Made by a program: the position numbers and the translations under genes. The notes beneath the pieces are model-generated. The model made no database searches. It was not told the origin of the DNA and saw only the letters and a list, made by a program, of their open reading frames with translations. This document shows positions 51,444-60,360 of a stretch of 60,360 nucleotides of DNA, piece by piece (within the stretch, counting starts at the first letter, position 1; each line of letters begins with the position of its first letter). This DNA comes from Bacteroidales bacterium (GTDB taxonomy: Bacteria; Bacteroidota; Bacteroidia; Bacteroidales; UBA932), in contig JAGDBQ010000126.1 of NCBI GenBank assembly GCA_017958985.1, positions 1 through 60,360 of the forward strand. The letters are read 5' to 3'.

Positions 51444-53210
51444 CTACAAATTCAGGGTGATTCCAGCCGTGATCCACAGGTCTTTTTCAGCATAGAAAAG
51501 ATTCCTCTGGATGTTGTCGCAGAGAAGGTTTCCGGCCTCGGCCCAGAAGCCCAGCCTGCGGTTCAGCTGCCAGCCCGCCAGGAGCCCGAGATCCACGTAT
51601 CCGGGAACCTCGAAAGCGTACATCTGGGCCGCTGCTCCATAATATAAGGACATATATGCAGAGCGCTCCCGCTTGGAAGCTATCTCCAGCTTCGTCCCGA
51701 AATACACCCTCTGTCCGAAATGATAGACCGCCCGGAGATCGCCTGAGAACTTAGGAAGCCTGAACGCACTGCAATACTCATCGAGGAACTGCTGGTTGCG
51801 GAACCTTGCAGAGGCATCGAGATCGAAATTGCCGGCTTTCAAACCCAGGAGCACATTGGCATATATCAGGCTGTAATCCTGATAACTGACTATAGGCAGG
51901 GAAATCTCCATTCCGTAGGCATCGTCGACCAACCCGTTTTCAACTCCCGCGACTCCTCCGTTTATGTCGAACTGAAGCTTGGCGCCCAGGTTGCCTTTCG
52001 CTCCCGCCTGGATGTTGTACTTCTCTATGGAGTTGTCCATCAGAGGGCTCCGGACAGCGAAGAGGGGATTGAAATGATGGTTGTATGCAAGCTGCTGGCA
52101 ATAAGCGTTCAAGGAAGACCCTCCGGTAAGGTTGGCATAGAGAAGGAGATTGTCAGCCGCCGTGAATCCGACCCTGATTTCCGGATACAGTGTCCTGCCC
52201 TTCTTCGTGTGCATAGCCTTGAAGACTGTCGTGTCGCTCTGGCCGCTGTGGCTGAGTTTCTCGATCCTGAGTCCGAGGCTGAGGTCCCACCTTCCGGTCT
52301 CGAATTCGTATTTCGGAATCACGGCTATCTTTCCGGCGTTTCCGTCGAAAAGGCTTCCCCCATAGGAACACGTCTCGGCATCGAGACCAAGGAGGATACG
52401 GTGGTAATAGTTCAGCTGAGGTCCGAATTCGCCTCTGAGCCTGAACCATCCCTCGCGGATATCGTCCTTATCCTGCCCTGACACGAACGGAATGGAGAAG
52501 GTGTAAGTTGGGAACTCCACCCTGTCGTTTCCGATACGTCCGTCCAGGGACACGTCGTAATGGAAATAGGATGCTTCGGAATTGTTGGAACGGAACCTGG
52601 TATTGAAGTCGAATCCGTTGTACATCCGCTTGGAAAGGGTATCCTTCGTCATAAGGCCGTAATAACCGACCCTGAAGGAGGCGATCGCCTCTTCGAAGTT
52701 GTACCTGCCTTCGAAACCCGCCGTCGTCAGAGCATCGTAGCCTTTGTAAGTATCAAGGGTGGCATCATACCTGTAGTGATCCTCCTCCCAGGTAGGGGCG
52801 AAGGTCCTGTATTTACCGAAATACGACTTGTGCGTCGCATAGACGCTCATCTGGAAAGGTCCCCTCTGCTCCGGGCTGAAAACGAAGTCCAGCTGAGGAT
52901 GGAAGGAATATCCCGCCCCGGTCTTGAGATAGATGCTCCTGCCCCTGTAGGCATCCTTGTCCGGCCTCATATTCAACTGGTAAGGCTTGAACTTGTAGGC
53001 TCCCTGGTAAGGCTTCTCGAATACCTCGTAGTCGAAATCCATATCGAAGCGCAGGAGCGAATCGGGGACATTCATCTTGTGTACCGGCTTGAGCACGTCC
53101 GACGGGTCGCCCTGGTAGGTGTTCGTGACCTCGACAGTAGGATTTATGTTCTGTGCCATCGATGCGGTGCAGACCAGCAATGCGGCAACCGCTATATGTA
53201 TCTTTCTCAT
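51444..53210 (-). CDS. Outer-membrane beta-barrel protein (TBDR-like), downstream partner of the TPR protein
   Basis: Signal peptide; TVEVT TonB-box-like segment; amphipathic strands; GNLL..N and terminal strand AGITLNL. Confidence 0.7.
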   Translation of the reverse strand: MRKIHIAVAALLVCTASMAQNINPTVEVTNTYQGDPSDVLKPVHKMNVPDSLLRFDMDFDYEVFEKPYQGAYKFKPYQLNMRPDKDAYRGRSIYLKTGAGYSFHPQLDFVFSPEQRGPFQMSVYATHKSYFGKYRTFAPTWEEDHYRYDATLDTYKGYDALTTAGFEGRYNFEEAIASFRVGYYGLMTKDTLSKRMYNGFDFNTRFRSNNSEASYFHYDVSLDGRIGNDRVEFPTYTFSIPFVSGQDKDDIREGWFRLRGEFGPQLNYYHRILLGLDAETCSYGGSLFDGNAGKIAVIPKYEFETGRWDLSLGLRIEKLSHSGQSDTTVFKAMHTKKGRTLYPEIRVGFTAADNLLLYANLTGGSSLNAYCQQLAYNHHFNPLFAVRSPLMDNSIEKYNIQAGAKGNLGAKLQFDINGGVAGVENGLVDDAYGMEISLPIVSYQDYSLIYANVLLGLKAGNFDLDASARFRNQQFLDEYCSAFRLPKFSGDLRAVYHFGQRVYFGTKLEIASKRERSAYMSLYYGAAAQMYAFEVPGYVDLGLLAGWQLNRRLGFWAEAGNLLCDNIQRNLFYAEKDLWITAGITLNL

Positions 53211-53215
53211 ATCCT

Positions 53216-56200
53216 TTACTGGTTCATCAAGTTCTTGAGTTTCGCAAGTCTCATCCTGACGTTGTCGAGGATGTCGTCCGAAGTTCCTCCGGCAGGAGAA
53301 TATCCGTTCAGGATGCTCTCGAAAGTGGCTTTAGCCTGCTTGTAGTTCTCCTGCTCGGCGAAAGAATCGCCAAGGGTGATGAAAGCCTTCGCCAGCCAGT
53401 AGTCCTGGTTCCCGGCCTTCTCGGAGAAGGCATAGACCTTCTTCTCAACGGAGCCGTATTCTCCCTTGTCGTATGCATCCTGGATGAGCATATAGGTGGC
53501 TTCGGCTCCCTCCGGAGTCGATGGATATGCACTCAGTTTACCGAATATGGAGAAGGCCTCGTCACGGTCGTTCAAGGAAAGATAGGATTTGGCCCTGACA
53601 TAATCGGCTTCCCTGACTTCGGCAGGAGTGCACTTCTCATAAGACTTCGCCTTGTCGGCATTCGAAATAGCCTCCTGGAAATCGCCGGCCCTGAAAGCGG
53701 AACGCATCATTCCCATCCTGGCCGAATGCCTTCCGGAATCAGAACTGGCCACATCGTCCAGGTCTGAATACCCGTTGAAGGCATCCTTGTAGCGCTGCAT
53801 TCCGTAAGACAGGTCGGAATAGTTGAGCAACGCAGTTTCCACGAAGGAACCGCCTTCCGAGATGGCCTTCCTGTACCAGTCGCAAGCCTGTTCCCTGTTG
53901 CCGAGATTACGGTTGCACTCGGCTATGTAGAAAGCAGCCTTGGCCGAACTCGATCCCTCGGGATAACGCTGGAGATAATTCTGCAGGGCAGGAAGCGCCT
54001 TGCTCCAGTTCTCCGACAGGTAAAGCTGCTCGGCAGCATTGAAGTACATCTGCTCTTTCTCCTTCTCGGTCTTGCCCTTGATGGCACCGACCTTGTCGGC
54101 ATAGTCGATGTATTCGTCCGTGCGTCCCTCGGACTGGTAGATGGATTCTATGGCAGACAGGGCGTCCCGGGAATATTCAGTGCCAGGCATCTCGGCGATG
54201 ACCTGCTTGTAGTAATCCAGAGCCTTCTCGTACTGGGAGTTGTTCCGTGCGATCATTCCCAGCTCGATCAGCGACCTGGCGGCGATAGACTTGTCATCCG
54301 TGCTGGAACGGAGCTTGCGGAACGTGCTTTCGGCGGAAGCATCCTCCCCGGCCGAGACATATGCCCTTCCGAGCTCATACATCGCCTCGGAATAATAGAC
54401 CGCGGAAGGATCGGCGTCCAGCACGTTGGAGAGGACGTCTATCTTCTTGGCCTTCCGCCCCAGGAGACCGTAGGCGATACCAGCCCTGTAGAACGGGTAC
54501 ATATTGTCCGAATAATCGAATCTGCTGATCGCGCTTTCGTATTTCCTTATGGCCTCTTCATAGTCCTTCCTGATGAAATCGCAGTCGGCCAGCCTGGAGG
54601 CTGCATCCTCCCCTTCCAGAGGATTGCGCTCACCAAGGTACTCTTCGAACCACTTGGCCGCAGAATCGTAGTCGCCCTGGCGGAAATAGCTGTATCCCAG
54701 GTTGTAAGGAATAAGCTTACCCTCGGCCTTGCCTTCGAGTGCAGAATTGTTGTAGAGATCCTTGAAGGTCTCCACCGCATCCTCGAACTGGTCGCTGCGG
54801 TAGTATGACTCGCCCAGCCAGTATTTCGACAGCTGGTTGAAAGTCTCCCTCCTGTCGGAATAATAGGACGCAGCCTTGAGCAGTGGAATCGCATCTTTGT
54901 ATGCTCCGTTCGCAATCAGCTGGTTGGCACGCAGGTAATTGGCCCTCATATAGTTGGCCTTCTGGTTCTGGTCCAGCAGGTCTATATTGGAATATGCATC
55001 CACCGCTCCTGCGTAATCGTGGTTGTACAGGGAGGCAAGGGCAATGTAGCTGTAGATCATATCCCCCTTCTTGTTGTCAGGATACTTCTTCAGGTAATCC
55101 TCGAAAACGGAAGGGTTGTGGTTCAAGTCGAAGGAAAGCTTCGCGTAGTTGAAATGGGCATCCTCCCTGATATCCGGGTTGAAATCCTGGGTGGAAGCAT
55201 CCTTGAATGCATCCAGCGCGGCCACCTTGTTGCCGGTCTGGACCAGGCTGTATCCCATCTGGTAGTTCGCTATCTGGCCGATGGAGTCGTTCCTGGCCGT
55301 CATCCTGGAGAAATTGTCTATCGCTCCCTTGTAGTCTTCCACGGAATAGAGGACGGTTCCGGAATAGAAGTAATCGTCCCTGTCCATATCCTCCGTTTTC
55401 TTCTGGATCTTGTCATAGTATTCCTTGGCCTTCTCGCTGTCTCCGACGGCCAGGTAGGATTCCGAAATGATCCTTGCAAGGTGAGGCTTCCGCTCATCGG
55501 GGACGTCCGGATAAATCTTCGTCCCGTTCTTGACCACATAGTCGTAATCCTTGAGCATAAAGCGGCACTCCATCCCGTAATAGTTCGAAATGTCCGTGAA
55601 ACGGGGATCCTTGGCAGCCCTCTCGAACCAGTCCAGGGCCTCGCGGAAATTCTTCTGGACATAGTTTACATAACCCAGTGAATATCTGGACGGTGCGGTG
55701 TAATCCGAATATGGGAGCTGCTCGGAAACCAGGAACAGGTCCTTGGCGTCTTCCAGCCAGCCTTCCTCGAAGAGGGAATATGCCCTCTTGAATGAATACT
55801 CGGCAAGCTGGTTGCCCTGAAGGCCCTTTTCCGGGATCTTGGCGAACTCGGCCGCCGCCCTGCGGTACTCCTCCTGGTCAAAGAGGTTCAATGCATTGTA
55901 GAAATGGATCTGGGGGATCAGTTTCGAATACGGATACTCCGCCACGTAGTCGCTTGCCAGCTTCTCACAGCCTTTCTCCAGAAGCCTGACGGCGCACAGG
56001 GTCTCATATCCCTTTGCCATTACGTCACCCGTTGAAGCGGCAATCTCGCTGAAGATGCTCTCGGCGCGCTCGAAGATGCCTTTCTCATAGAGCTCGACTG
56101 CGCGGAGATACCCTTCCGGAACCTGGTTCTGAGCAGAAAGCCCGGTCGCCGGGAAAAGGAGCAAGGCGGAAGATAACACCGCGATGAGTTTGCTTTTCAT
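53216..56200 (-). CDS. Large exported tetratricopeptide-repeat protein
   Basis: Signal peptide; tandem TPR patterns (Y.LG..YY....Y..A...F) across ~990 aa. Confidence 0.92.
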   Translation of the reverse strand: MKSKLIAVLSSALLLFPATGLSAQNQVPEGYLRAVELYEKGIFERAESIFSEIAASTGDVMAKGYETLCAVRLLEKGCEKLASDYVAEYPYSKLIPQIHFYNALNLFDQEEYRRAAAEFAKIPEKGLQGNQLAEYSFKRAYSLFEEGWLEDAKDLFLVSEQLPYSDYTAPSRYSLGYVNYVQKNFREALDWFERAAKDPRFTDISNYYGMECRFMLKDYDYVVKNGTKIYPDVPDERKPHLARIISESYLAVGDSEKAKEYYDKIQKKTEDMDRDDYFYSGTVLYSVEDYKGAIDNFSRMTARNDSIGQIANYQMGYSLVQTGNKVAALDAFKDASTQDFNPDIREDAHFNYAKLSFDLNHNPSVFEDYLKKYPDNKKGDMIYSYIALASLYNHDYAGAVDAYSNIDLLDQNQKANYMRANYLRANQLIANGAYKDAIPLLKAASYYSDRRETFNQLSKYWLGESYYRSDQFEDAVETFKDLYNNSALEGKAEGKLIPYNLGYSYFRQGDYDSAAKWFEEYLGERNPLEGEDAASRLADCDFIRKDYEEAIRKYESAISRFDYSDNMYPFYRAGIAYGLLGRKAKKIDVLSNVLDADPSAVYYSEAMYELGRAYVSAGEDASAESTFRKLRSSTDDKSIAARSLIELGMIARNNSQYEKALDYYKQVIAEMPGTEYSRDALSAIESIYQSEGRTDEYIDYADKVGAIKGKTEKEKEQMYFNAAEQLYLSENWSKALPALQNYLQRYPEGSSSAKAAFYIAECNRNLGNREQACDWYRKAISEGGSFVETALLNYSDLSYGMQRYKDAFNGYSDLDDVASSDSGRHSARMGMMRSAFRAGDFQEAISNADKAKSYEKCTPAEVREADYVRAKSYLSLNDRDEAFSIFGKLSAYPSTPEGAEATYMLIQDAYDKGEYGSVEKKVYAFSEKAGNQDYWLAKAFITLGDSFAEQENYKQAKATFESILNGYSPAGGTSDDILDNVRMRLAKLKNLMNQ

Positions 56201-56239
56201 ATGTATTCCGAAGTTTTTGATATCTGTTTACATAATCTA

Positions 56240-56279
56240 CAAATTTACTTAAATATACCCGAAAATTAAAGTATATTTG
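56240..56279. promoter_or_regulatory. Divergent -7 boxes (TPR gene on -, ftsE-like gene on +)
   Basis: TAAATTTG on - strand at 56240-56247; TATATTTG on + strand at 56272-56279. Confidence 0.65.
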
Positions 56280-56286
56280 CGTAATT

Positions 56287-57021
56287 ATGGAAGATAAAAA
56301 GCAAATGGCATCAAAAAGCGAGCCGCTGGTTTCCTTCAGGGGCGCCGACATCCTGAACGGCGAGAACGTCGTCATCTACGGCCTTGATATGGAAGTGTTT
56401 CCGGGAGACTTCGTGTACATAGTCGGAAAGGTCGGAACCGGGAAAACGTCCATTATCCGCACCATCATCGGGGAGAATCCTCTGGAAAAAGGCTTCGGCC
56501 AGGTTTGCGGATATGAGCTCAACGGACTGAGGGACAAGGATATACCATATCTGAGAAGAAAGATAGGTGTCGTATTCCAGGACTTCCAGCTCCTGACCGA
56601 CAGGACCGTGGAACAGAACCTGGAGTTCGTGCTGAAGGCCACACGGTGGAAGGACAAGGATGCCATCGACAAACGGATACGCGAAGTCCTCGAGGATGTA
56701 GGTATGGAGAACAAGGCCCACAAGATGCCGCACCAGCTCTCGGGCGGGGAACAGCAGAGGATCGCCATCGCCCGTTCTCTCCTTAACAGGCCGGCTCTCA
56801 TCATCGCGGACGAGCCTACCGGCAATCTCGACAACGAGACGGCGGACGGAATCTTGAAGCTTCTTACGGGCATCAACAAGGAAGATGGCACCGCCATAAT
56901 AATGGTCACCCACAACAGGAACATCTTCGAGAAATATCACGGCAGGGTATTCGTCTGCAAGGATGAAAGCTGCGAGGAGAATGTCAACGACGAAGTTATA
57001 GACCTCGCCCTTACCATATAG
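56287..57021 (+). CDS. ftsE: FtsE-like ABC ATPase
   Basis: GKVGTGKT, IPYLRRKIGVVFQDFQLLTDRTV, LSGGEQQR, ADEPTGNLD, VTHN. Confidence 0.8.
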   Translation: MEDKKQMASKSEPLVSFRGADILNGENVVIYGLDMEVFPGDFVYIVGKVGTGKTSIIRTIIGENPLEKGFGQVCGYELNGLRDKDIPYLRRKIGVVFQDFQLLTDRTVEQNLEFVLKATRWKDKDAIDKRIREVLEDVGMENKAHKMPHQLSGGEQQRIAIARSLLNRPALIIADEPTGNLDNETADGILKLLTGINKEDGTAIIMVTHNRNIFEKYHGRVFVCKDESCEENVNDEVIDLALTI

Positions 57022-57027
57022 CACAAG

Positions 57028-57672
57028 ATGCTCAAGAAAGACAGATATCAAAGGATCCTGTCCTGGTTCGAGGCCAACCGGCCGATGCCGGAGACGGAGC
57101 TCCACTACGACTCGGTTTTCCACCTCCTCATCGCCGTGATCCTTAGCGCACAGTGCACGGACAGGCGTGTGAATATGGTCGTTCCTCCCCTATTCGACAG
57201 GTTCAGGGAGCCAGCCGACCTGGCTTCTGCTTCCTTCGACGAGGTGCTCCCTTTCATAAAGAGCATATCGTACCCGAATTCCAAGGCCGCCCATCTGATC
57301 GCTATGGCCAGGAAACTGGTGGATGATTTCGGAGGCGAGGTTCCTTCGGACATAGACCAGCTGATGAGCCTCCCGGGGGTCGGGCGCAAAACCGCGAACG
57401 TGATAGCTTCGATAGTCTACGACAAGCCCGTCATCGCCGTCGACACCCACGTGTTCAGGGTTTCACACCGCCTCGGGTTGTCTGACGGCAAGACGGTAGA
57501 TGCCGTGGAAAAGGACCTGGAGTCGCATATTCCGGAATCTCTGAGGCCGAAGGCGCACCACTGGCTCATCTTGCACGGGAGATACACCTGCACGGCGAGA
57601 AGCCCGAAATGTCCATCGTGCGAACTCAGCTCCTGGTGCCGGGAATATGAGCGCAACAACAGAAAGATTTAG
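57028..57672 (+). CDS. nth: Endonuclease III
   Basis: LSAQCTD, LPGVGRKTAN HhH, VDTHV, CTARSPKCPSCELSSWC 4Fe-4S motif. Confidence 0.97.
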   Translation: MLKKDRYQRILSWFEANRPMPETELHYDSVFHLLIAVILSAQCTDRRVNMVVPPLFDRFREPADLASASFDEVLPFIKSISYPNSKAAHLIAMARKLVDDFGGEVPSDIDQLMSLPGVGRKTANVIASIVYDKPVIAVDTHVFRVSHRLGLSDGKTVDAVEKDLESHIPESLRPKAHHWLILHGRYTCTARSPKCPSCELSSWCREYERNNRKI

Positions 57673-57680
57673 TATCTTTG
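57673..57680 (+). promoter_or_regulatory. -7 box for gpmA
   Basis: TATCTTTG immediately after the nth stop. Confidence 0.6.
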
Positions 57681-57715
57681 TCGGTCGCATTATGATAATC
57701 GTTATTTAATCAGAT

Positions 57716-58462
57716 ATGAAAAGAATAGTTCTCATCCGCCACGGCGAGAGCCAGTGGAACAAGGAAAACAGGTTCACAGGATGGACCAACGTAGATCTCA
57801 GCGAAAAGGGTGTACAGGAAGCTTTCGATGCCGGAAAGGCGCTCAAGGAAGCCGGTTTCACGTTTGAAGTCGCCTATACTTCTTATCTCAAGAGGGCGAT
57901 CAAGACCCTGAACAATGTCCTCGATTCGATGGATCTCGACTGGATCCCCGTCAAGAAGACCTGGAGGCTCAACGAAAAGCACTATGGAATGCTCCAGGGG
58001 CTCAACAAGGCTGAGACCGCCCAGAAGTACGGTGACGAGCAGGTGAAGATCTGGCGCCGCAGTTTTGACGTCGCTCCGGGAAATCTTCCTGAGGATGATC
58101 CGAACAGTGCTACCAGGGATCCACGCTACGCTCTTGTACCTGACCAGTATGTTCCTCGTACAGAGGCTCTCAAACATTGCATCGAGCGTGTCATGCCTTA
58201 TTGGGAGTGCGAGATATTCCCTGCCCTCAAGGACCACGACAATATCGTCGTAGTCGCCCACGGCAACAGCCTCCGCGGCGTCGTCAAGCACCTCAAGGGT
58301 ATCTCCGATACCGATATTATCAGCTTGAACATCCCTACGGCTACTCCGTATGTTTTCGAATTCGACGATGACCTCAATCTGGTGAAGGACTACTACCTCG
58401 CTGACCCTGAGGAACTCAAACGCAAGCAGGAAGCTGTCGCCAACCAGGGAAAGGCAAAATAG
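57716..58462 (+). CDS. gpmA: 2,3-BPG-dependent phosphoglycerate mutase
   Basis: [31 protein letters not shown]. Confidence 0.97.
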   Translation: MKRIVLIRHGESQWNKENRFTGWTNVDLSEKGVQEAFDAGKALKEAGFTFEVAYTSYLKRAIKTLNNVLDSMDLDWIPVKKTWRLNEKHYGMLQGLNKAETAQKYGDEQVKIWRRSFDVAPGNLPEDDPNSATRDPRYALVPDQYVPRTEALKHCIERVMPYWECEIFPALKDHDNIVVVAHGNSLRGVVKHLKGISDTDIISLNIPTATPYVFEFDDDLNLVKDYYLADPEELKRKQEAVANQGKAK

Positions 58463-58470
58463 GAAGGAAT

Positions 58471-59688
58471 ATGCCTGAGATTTCCAACCGCGGATCCGTC
58501 ATCCCCGCTTCTCCCATCAGGAAACTGACCCCTTTCGCCGACGCCGCCAAGGCGCGCGGAATCAAGGTTTATCACCTGAATATCGGTCAGCCTGACCTCC
58601 CTACGCCCCGCAAGGCGCTGGATGCACTCAAGACCATCGACCGTACCACCCTCGAGTACAGCCCGAGCCAGGGGATCAAGTCATTGAGGGAAAAGCTCAG
58701 TTCCTATTACGGAAAGTTCGGGATCGACGCTAAACCTGACGACATCATCGTGACCACAGGCGGCTCGGAAGCCCTGCTCCTGACCTTTATGGCCTGCCTG
58801 AATCCTGGTGACGAGATCATAATGACCGAGCCGGGCTATGCCAATTACCTGTCCTTCGCCGTAACGGCCGGGGTGACTGTCAAGACTGTCACCTCAAGGA
58901 TCGAAAACGGCTTTGCGCTGCCTTCCGTTGAGGATTTCGAGGCTGCCATCACAGACAGGACAAAGGCGATCCTGATATGCAACCCGAACAATCCTACGGG
59001 TTACCTTTACTCCGCAGAGGAGCTCTACAGGCTCAGGGATATCGTCAAGCAGCACGACCTGTTCCTGTTCTCCGACGAGGTTTACAGGGAATTCCGCTAT
59101 ACTGACGCCCCTTACCTTTCGGCGCTAAACCTGGAGGGGATCGAGGACAACGTGATCGTGATCGATTCTGTATCGAAGAGGTATTCCGAGTGCGGAATCA
59201 GGATCGGTATGATAGTCAGCCACAACAAGCAGGTTATGGGTGCTATCCTGAAATTCTGCCAGGCCAGGCTGAGTCCTCCCCTGCTCGGACAGATCGTGGC
59301 GGAAGCTTCGATCGAAGGTACCGAAGAGTATTCCAAGGAGTGCTTCGATGAATATATCGGCAGAAGGAACTTCTTCATCAAAGGGCTGAACGAGATACCC
59401 GGAGTATATTCTCCGATGCCAAACGGAGCGTTCTACACGATCGCTTCCCTGCCGGTCGAAGATGCCGAAGATTTCTGCAGATGGTGCCTTACCGATTTCT
59501 GCTATCACGATGAGGATTCCGGTTGCACCGGAGAAACCGTGATGATGGCTCCGGCACAGGGATTCTACAGTACACCTGGGATTGGGAAGAACCAGGTAAG
59601 AATGGCTTACGTATTGGAAATCAACAGCTTGAAACGAGCCCTCCTGGTGCTGGAGAAAGCCCTGGAAGCCTATGGATCAAGAGGTTGA
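58471..59688 (+). CDS. Class I/II PLP aminotransferase (aspartate aminotransferase-like)
   Basis: LNIGQPD, TTGGSEA, NPNNPTG, DEVY, SVSKRYSECGIRIG. Confidence 0.92.
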   Translation: MPEISNRGSVIPASPIRKLTPFADAAKARGIKVYHLNIGQPDLPTPRKALDALKTIDRTTLEYSPSQGIKSLREKLSSYYGKFGIDAKPDDIIVTTGGSEALLLTFMACLNPGDEIIMTEPGYANYLSFAVTAGVTVKTVTSRIENGFALPSVEDFEAAITDRTKAILICNPNNPTGYLYSAEELYRLRDIVKQHDLFLFSDEVYREFRYTDAPYLSALNLEGIEDNVIVIDSVSKRYSECGIRIGMIVSHNKQVMGAILKFCQARLSPPLLGQIVAEASIEGTEEYSKECFDEYIGRRNFFIKGLNEIPGVYSPMPNGAFYTIASLPVEDAEDFCRWCLTDFCYHDEDSGCTGETVMMAPAQGFYSTPGIGKNQVRMAYVLEINSLKRALLVLEKALEAYGSRG

Positions 59689-59717
59689 AAATAGTTTCTG
59701 TATCACTCGAATACGAG

Positions 59718-59748
59718 AGAGGATGGCCATCAGGTCATCCTCTTTTTT
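59718..59748 (+). terminator. Rho-independent terminator after the aminotransferase
   Basis: AGAGGATGGCC-ATCA-GGTCATCCTCT stem followed by TTTTT. Confidence 0.85.
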
Positions 59749-59768
59749 GTCGGGGAGACAGGGAGACG

Positions 59769-59936
59769 GGAGCCGGCGGCATAGTGCCACCGGAATAGTT
59801 CCGTTCGCTTCGCTCACTCCATCCCTCCCGACGTCTCCTGCGTCATCGCTTCGCGATAACTTGTATCCGCCGGGCCACTCCCTCTGACGTGCCCGAGGGT
59901 GGGCACGCTTTCCGGTGGCACTATGCCACCGGCTAC
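59769..59936. repeat. REP doublet (REPIN/MITE-like), 168 bp
   Basis: 27-bp inverted arms (59769-59795 and 59910-59936, 25/27 identical); each arm is G(G/T)AG plus a 9-bp palindrome CCGG(C/T)GGCA-TAG-TGCCACCGG. Confidence 0.8.
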
Positions 59937-59961
59937 GACAACCCCAGAACATAATACAAAC

Positions 59962-59994
59962 AAAAGAGGCTGACTCATTTCTGAATCAGCCTCT
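59962..59994 (-). terminator. rRNA operon terminator
   Basis: AGAGGCTGA...TCAGCCTCT stem; T-run on the - strand just past the 5S 3' end. Confidence 0.8.
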
Positions 59995-60001
59995 CGAAGA
60001 A

Positions 60002-60111
60002 CGGCGGCGACCTACTCTCCCAACTGGTGGGTCAGTACCATCGGCGCGGATGAGCTTAACTTCTCTGTTCGGGATGGGAAGAGGTGGGACCTCATCGCTT
60101 TAACCACCGCA
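60002..60111 (-). rRNA. rrf: 5S rRNA
   Basis: Reverse complement contains CCCATCCCGAACAGAGAAGTTAAG, GATGGTACTG, GGGAGAGTAGGTCGCCGCC; ends approximate. Confidence 0.96.
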
Positions 60112-60163
60112 ATATATTACTTGAGAGATTACAAACTACGCCAGACTCCGATTCATTTCACTC

Positions 60164-60360
<197 letters not shown>

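Noticed and set aside
59523-60103. Small ORFs in the terminator/REP/5S region, or a CRISPR array
   Set aside because: The ORFs overlap terminators, the REP and 5S rRNA; the repeat has only two inverted copies, with no direct repeat-spacer periodicity and no cas genes.

Overview
A GC-rich, densely coding core-genome segment of a Bacteroidales bacterium. The taxonomic call rests on repeated TAnnTTTG promoter boxes, a Bacteroidota-type tmRNA tag and Bacteroidota gene families; a rumen/gut RC9 or Ca. Cryptobacteroides-like lineage is plausible but only inferred. The window holds about 48 CDSs, mostly housekeeping (mnmA, cdd, pgm, trkH, rmuC, yicC, glnS, holA, hpf, xerC, cca, tcdA, pyrF, clpX/clpP/tig, gyrB, nth, gpmA), plus GH2/GH3 glycosidases and envelope proteins. 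It also holds SRP RNA, tmRNA and the 3' end of an rRNA operon (partial 23S, 5S). I see no prophage, transposase, CRISPR array or complete defence system. The most notable observations are: (1) a probable sulfonolipid (capnine) pair, a SulA-type cysteate acyltransferase with Lys251/Lys281 plus an adjacent SDR; (2) a ~225-bp intergenic relic made almost entirely of four conserved cellobiose 2-epimerase motifs in native order; (3) a GTAG/GGAG REP doublet (REPIN-like) between two convergent terminators; (4) a CapA-like domain lacking its metal ligands fused to an intact NlpC/P60 peptidase; (5) two inverted paralogous glycine-rich exported proteins; (6) a ~106-aa insertion in MnmA. All family calls come from motif recognition by eye, not from database searches.
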